Source: an uncultured virus (IMG/VR IMGVR_UViG_3300027770_000054)
Taxonomy: Duplodnaviria; Heunggongvirae; Uroviricota; Caudoviricetes
Length of the DNA: 64,000 nt
Direction: 5' to 3' (one strand)
IMG/VR virus record: IMGVR_UViG_3300027770_000054
Every line of letters starts with the position of its first letter. The stretch's first letter is position 1. A model generated the notes under the pieces. It was not told where the DNA came from and searched no databases. It saw only the letters and a list, made by a program, of their open reading frames with translations. A program made the position numbers and the translations under genes. Below are positions 60,257-64,000 of the stretch, piece by piece.

Positions 60257-61213
60257 ATGCCACTAGATTTTCCTTCAAATCCAACCCTCAATTTACCATA
60301 CACTTTCAACGGAACTCAATGGAAGTGGAATGGTTCTGCTTGGTTGATTGTTGGTGATAATTTTGGTACTACAGGAGCAACAGGACCAGCTGGAAATACT
60401 GGAAACACTGGTAATAATGGAACAACAGGTAACACTGGTGCTACGGGATCTGGTTATACTGCTGCTGGTCTTTCTGGTGGATTCTTATGGATAACTCCAG
60501 TTTTATCTTCTGGTATACTTGGAGCATCATTCTCCATTGGATATGTTATTGGTTCAACTGGAGCAACTGGAAGAACTGGTACTACTGGATCTACAGGTGC
60601 TACGGGATCTGGTTATACGGCTATTGGTATTTCTGGTGGATTTCTTTGGATATCACCAGTAGATAATTTTGGTATTCGCGGAGCATCATTCTCTATAGGA
60701 TATGTTCAAGGAAATACTGGAAACACTGGTAATACAGGTAATAATGGAAGTACAGGTAATACTGGAAACACTGGTAATACAGGTAATAATGGAAGTACAG
60801 GTAATACTGGAAACACTGGTAACAATGGAAATACTGGCAACACTGGTGCTACAGGATCTGGATATACTGCTATAGGATTATCTGGTGGATTCTTGTGGAT
60901 ATCACCAGTAGATGGATTTGGTATTCGTGGAGCATCATTCTCCATTGGATATGTTCAAGGTAATACAGGTAATACAGGAAATGACGGAACACCTGGAACA
61001 ATTAGTGGTTCATATGTTCAGACCATAAATGGATTTACGGGTGGTGTTACATTGGCACAAGGAACCAATGTTACAATAAATTCTGTTGGAAATATAATAA
61101 CAATCAACTCATCTGGAGCTGGGGGTGGAGTAGATGGAGTTTCTACATATGATGGTAGAACTGGTAATATTTTCACACCACCATTAATTTTATACGCATT
61201 AGGAATAATTTAA
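60257..61213 (+). CDS. Collagen-like fibre protein with three GGFLW modules
   Basis: 'MPLDFPSNP...WKWNG..W' N-terminus, GNT runs, 'INGFTGGVTL'. Confidence 0.8.
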   Translation: MPLDFPSNPTLNLPYTFNGTQWKWNGSAWLIVGDNFGTTGATGPAGNTGNTGNNGTTGNTGATGSGYTAAGLSGGFLWITPVLSSGILGASFSIGYVIGSTGATGRTGTTGSTGATGSGYTAIGISGGFLWISPVDNFGIRGASFSIGYVQGNTGNTGNTGNNGSTGNTGNTGNTGNNGSTGNTGNTGNNGNTGNTGATGSGYTAIGLSGGFLWISPVDGFGIRGASFSIGYVQGNTGNTGNDGTPGTISGSYVQTINGFTGGVTLAQGTNVTINSVGNIITINSSGAGGGVDGVSTYDGRTGNIFTPPLILYALGII

Positions 61214-61223
61214 GGAAAATACA

Positions 61224-61661
61224 ATGGCAACAACCGCACAATTTGTCGCATCACCTATAATTGATATCACACAAATTGGTCCTACAGCAAATACTGGAAG
61301 AACTGGTGGTGGAACTATTGGTACTGATATATTTTTAGTATGTTCTGGACCAACATTCTCTGGTGGATCTGGTGTTGGAAAAAGAATCACTCGCGGAGTA
61401 ATTCATGGGGTCAGTGGAACTTCTAGCGGAATTGTAAGATTTTTTCTATCTCCAGACAGTGGAACAACGCGAAGAGTCATATTGGAAAAACCAGTATATG
61501 GCACAACAGTTTCTTCCACTACTTCAGCATATAGAACAGAAATTCCAGAATTAGTTGGAATGGTAGTTCCAGGTGTAAGCGGAGCAAACGCATATCAAAT
61601 ATATGCTTCAACTCATGTAGCGGATACCTATAATATAATTATTGAGAGTGGAGTTCTATGA
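61224..61661 (+). CDS. Hypothetical structural protein preceding the Gly-rich gene
   Basis: Intact ORF with an AAGGA SD. Beta-rich, ends 'ESGVL'. Confidence 0.65.
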   Translation: MATTAQFVASPIIDITQIGPTANTGRTGGGTIGTDIFLVCSGPTFSGGSGVGKRITRGVIHGVSGTSSGIVRFFLSPDSGTTRRVILEKPVYGTTVSSTTSAYRTEIPELVGMVVPGVSGANAYQIYASTHVADTYNIIIESGVL

Positions 61662-62665
61662 ATCAAGGGATATATGGATTTCCTTCTACAACTGGAATAG
61701 CATTACCAAATATAATCAGTATTACTGAATTTGACGCAAATGCATCTTACGCTATTCCGCCTACTGCTGCATCATTGCAGATTCTTTTAATTGGTGGTGC
61801 TGGTGGTGGCGGTGGTGGTGCTGCTGGAAATAATAACAATGCAGCTGGTGGTGGTGCAGGATCAGGTGGAAGCATTATATATCTTGACTGTTTGGTTGTG
61901 GAAGATCTTCCTTCAATAACACTCAATGTGACGATTGGTGCTGGTGGTGCTGGCGGTGCTAGTGCAATTCCAGGTACTAGATCTGCCACAAATGGTGGAC
62001 CTGGTGGAAATTCTAGTATATCAATGTCTGGGTTTCCAGGATTATTCATCAGAGCGCAAGGTGGTGGTGGAGGTGCAACTAGTGGAGCAACCACCCTTAC
62101 AGCAGGTGGTGTTGCTGCTGGTGGTGCAAGTAAACAGTCAAATTTTGGATTTGTGAATACACCAAATTCAAGTGGGCAAAACGGTGGATTTTCTAATGCA
62201 TTGCTTCCTGTTGTAATATCGGATGCAAGAAATAATAATGGTGCTGGTGGTGGTAGTTGTACTTCAGCATCCATTGCCTTCACAGGTGGGTCTATTGAAA
62301 TAGCAACTAATGCAACAGTATCATCTCAACCAATTCTATATCATTTAAATTTACCACTTGTCGGTGCTGCTTTTGGAATAACAGCAGCGTTAGGTGGAGC
62401 TATAAATGCAGGTCCAACATTAGGTGCTGGACAAAACGGTACATTTATGATTGGAACTAGTATGAAATTATTGGGTGGTGGAATTGGTGGTGCGGGTGGT
62501 GGTGGTAGTATTAGTGCTGGAGCAACCCAAGGTGGTGGTAATGGAGGCAATGGGTTTCGCGGTGGAGGCGGTGGAGGTGGAGGGGCAGCTAGAGCCACTG
62601 GAGTTCCTGGTGGAACTGGTGGGAATGGTGGAAATGGTTATTGTTGTATAGTAGCAAAGATGTAA
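61658..62665 (+). CDS. Glycine-rich (polyglycine) adhesin-like protein
   Basis: 'IGGAGGGGGG', 'VTIGAGG.GG', 'GGNGGNGY' glycine-rich motifs. Confidence 0.75.
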   Translation: MNQGIYGFPSTTGIALPNIISITEFDANASYAIPPTAASLQILLIGGAGGGGGGAAGNNNNAAGGGAGSGGSIIYLDCLVVEDLPSITLNVTIGAGGAGGASAIPGTRSATNGGPGGNSSISMSGFPGLFIRAQGGGGGATSGATTLTAGGVAAGGASKQSNFGFVNTPNSSGQNGGFSNALLPVVISDARNNNGAGGGSCTSASIAFTGGSIEIATNATVSSQPILYHLNLPLVGAAFGITAALGGAINAGPTLGAGQNGTFMIGTSMKLLGGGIGGAGGGGSISAGATQGGGNGGNGFRGGGGGGGGAARATGVPGGTGGNGGNGYCCIVAKM

Positions 62666-62669
62666 AAAT

Positions 62670-63566
62670 ATGTCAGCACCAAGTCCATCATTAAATTCAG
62701 GAGCGATTGATCAATTCTATAATAGAGTTGCAATTGTTCGTTCTTCTGACAGCAGAGTTATTGATATTGTTGTGTCTGGTGGTTCTGTATTCCCAGATGC
62801 ATATGGTGTGACAGTTGTTGCTATTTCAGTTTTATCTACTGAAACTTGTGAGATATATTGGATATATGATGAACTTGGTATTCCAAGATTTTATAGTGAT
62901 GGAACAAATTACGAAAGATCTTTAGAAGTACCAATAACAGTATTTCCAGGTTCTATAGCAGTTGGAAATAATCCACCTATATCAGATCGTGGATTCTATG
63001 TTCAATTTCCAGATGGAACCACACAAGATAGTGCAGTAAATAGAACAAGACTTACAACATTCACTGCTATACAAGAATTTGCTGCTGGAATTTCTTCTGG
63101 TCAAATAATCGCAACAGATACAACTGATGGTGTTGGACTTATAGCAGCAAAAGCAATGTCTGGATCTAATTCCAGAATAGGTGCAATTCGTTTAGGATAT
63201 GTCAATGGTACTTCACAGTACAATACATTGCTTCACAATTCATCTGGAACATTCACGATCTATAATGGATTCAGTTCAACTGGTTCCAACCTTTTAAATA
63301 TCAGTTCTACAGTTATGAATGTAAATGTTCCAGTTTCTGGAATGACATTTACTGGAAATATTTACGCACCTAATATCGTAAATTCAGTCAATGGTTGTAC
63401 TGGAATACTTGGAATCACAGGAACAACGGGAGAGATAGAAGTAACAAGTATATGCCCCAATATTATCATTGGTCTTCCAAATAATGTAACAATTTCTGGT
63501 AATTTAAATGTTGGAGGGGATATTCAAATGTTTGGTTCCATATACATAGACGGAGGGACTTACTAA
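62670..63566 (+). CDS. Fibre-associated hypothetical protein
   Basis: 'QFPDGTTQ', 'APNIVNSVNG.TG', terminal 'IDGGTY'. Confidence 0.65.
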   Translation: MSAPSPSLNSGAIDQFYNRVAIVRSSDSRVIDIVVSGGSVFPDAYGVTVVAISVLSTETCEIYWIYDELGIPRFYSDGTNYERSLEVPITVFPGSIAVGNNPPISDRGFYVQFPDGTTQDSAVNRTRLTTFTAIQEFAAGISSGQIIATDTTDGVGLIAAKAMSGSNSRIGAIRLGYVNGTSQYNTLLHNSSGTFTIYNGFSSTGSNLLNISSTVMNVNVPVSGMTFTGNIYAPNIVNSVNGCTGILGITGTTGEIEVTSICPNIIIGLPNNVTISGNLNVGGDIQMFGSIYIDGGTY

Positions 63567-63567
63567 T

Positions 63568-64000
63568 ATGTCAACAATTCGAGTTAAACGATCAACATCA
63601 TCTACTGCACCATCAGGCCTTACATTCGGCGAACCAGCGTTCGTTGATGGAATAAATTCATTATATGTCGCAAAGAATGATGGAACATCATTGCGAGTTG
63701 GTGCAGAAATTGACACCACCGTTACTCTAGGCACTAGTGATAATAAGATTCCAACCCAAAAAGCAGTAAAGGTCTATGTTGATAATAATATCGCAGGAGG
63801 TTCCATATCTTCATTGAATGGTCTTACTGGTGCGGTTAATATTTATGGTGGTTCTGGTGTCTCCGTTGCTGCTGCTGCTGGTGGAATAACCCTAACGAAC
63901 ACAGGCGTTGTATCTGCGGTTGCAGGAACAGGAATTTCCGTATCGGCGGCCACAGGAGCGGTCACCTTTACAAATACTGGTGTTCAGTCTGCGGTTGCAG
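63568..64000 (+). CDS. 3'-truncated tail-fibre-like protein
   Basis: MSTIRVKRSTSSTAPSGLTFGEPAF resembles the 'I..KR.......L..GE' fibre N-terminus. Also 'PTQKAVKVYVD' and 'SAVAGTGIS' repeats. Open to the window end. Confidence 0.75.
   Translation, partial: MSTIRVKRSTSSTAPSGLTFGEPAFVDGINSLYVAKNDGTSLRVGAEIDTTVTLGTSDNKIPTQKAVKVYVDNNIAGGSISSLNGLTGAVNIYGGSGVSVAAAAGGITLTNTGVVSAVAGTGISVSAATGAVTFTNTGVQSAVA

Noticed and set aside
1..64000. Stop-codon reassignment, introns/inteins, tRNAs
   Set aside because: Core genes are full length under code 11 and end in TAA, TAG or TGA. No interruptions are seen in gp17, gp20, gp23, uvsW or gp46. Intergenic gaps are short with no cloverleaf seen by eye.

Overview
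This window is a 64-kb, essentially all plus-strand segment of a large T4-like myovirus (Caudoviricetes, T4 supergroup, gene layout like cyanophages and other environmental T4-likes), using the standard genetic code. Order: (1) 1-16.1 kb, end of a baseplate gene and virion structural genes, including four very cysteine-rich 'G-x-C-C' repeat proteins, three ending in a DUF1566/Lcl-like domain; (2) 16.2-29.7 kb, neck/tail/head core (gp13-gp14-gp15-gp16-gp17-gp18-gp19-gp20-gp67-like-gp21-[insert]-gp22-gp23-gp3); (3) 29.8-38.9 kb, uvsY-uvsW-hyp-gp55-gp47-gp46-gp45-gp44-gp62-regA; (4) 38.9-53.0 kb, an island of about 18 glycan biosynthesis/glycosyltransferase ORFs that ends in a GT2-TPR gene; (5) 53.0-64 kb, Gly-Asn-Thr collagen-like and glycine-rich fibre genes built from shared modules. 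The leading hypothesis is a phage-encoded virion-glycosylation system: nucleotide-sugar enzymes, GTs and a GT2-TPR enzyme acting on the adjacent Gly-X-Thr collagen fibres. The Cys-rich adhesin cluster is the second main point of interest. Smaller signals: a hairpin that sequesters the gp13 Shine-Dalgarno around a late promoter, a perfect antisense sigma70 promoter, a recombination scar in the glycan island, an 11-mer-repeat protein between gp21 and gp22, and a short gp18. All family calls come from motif recognition by eye; no database search was run. No tRNA, rRNA, CRISPR array, reverse transcriptase or transposase was seen.
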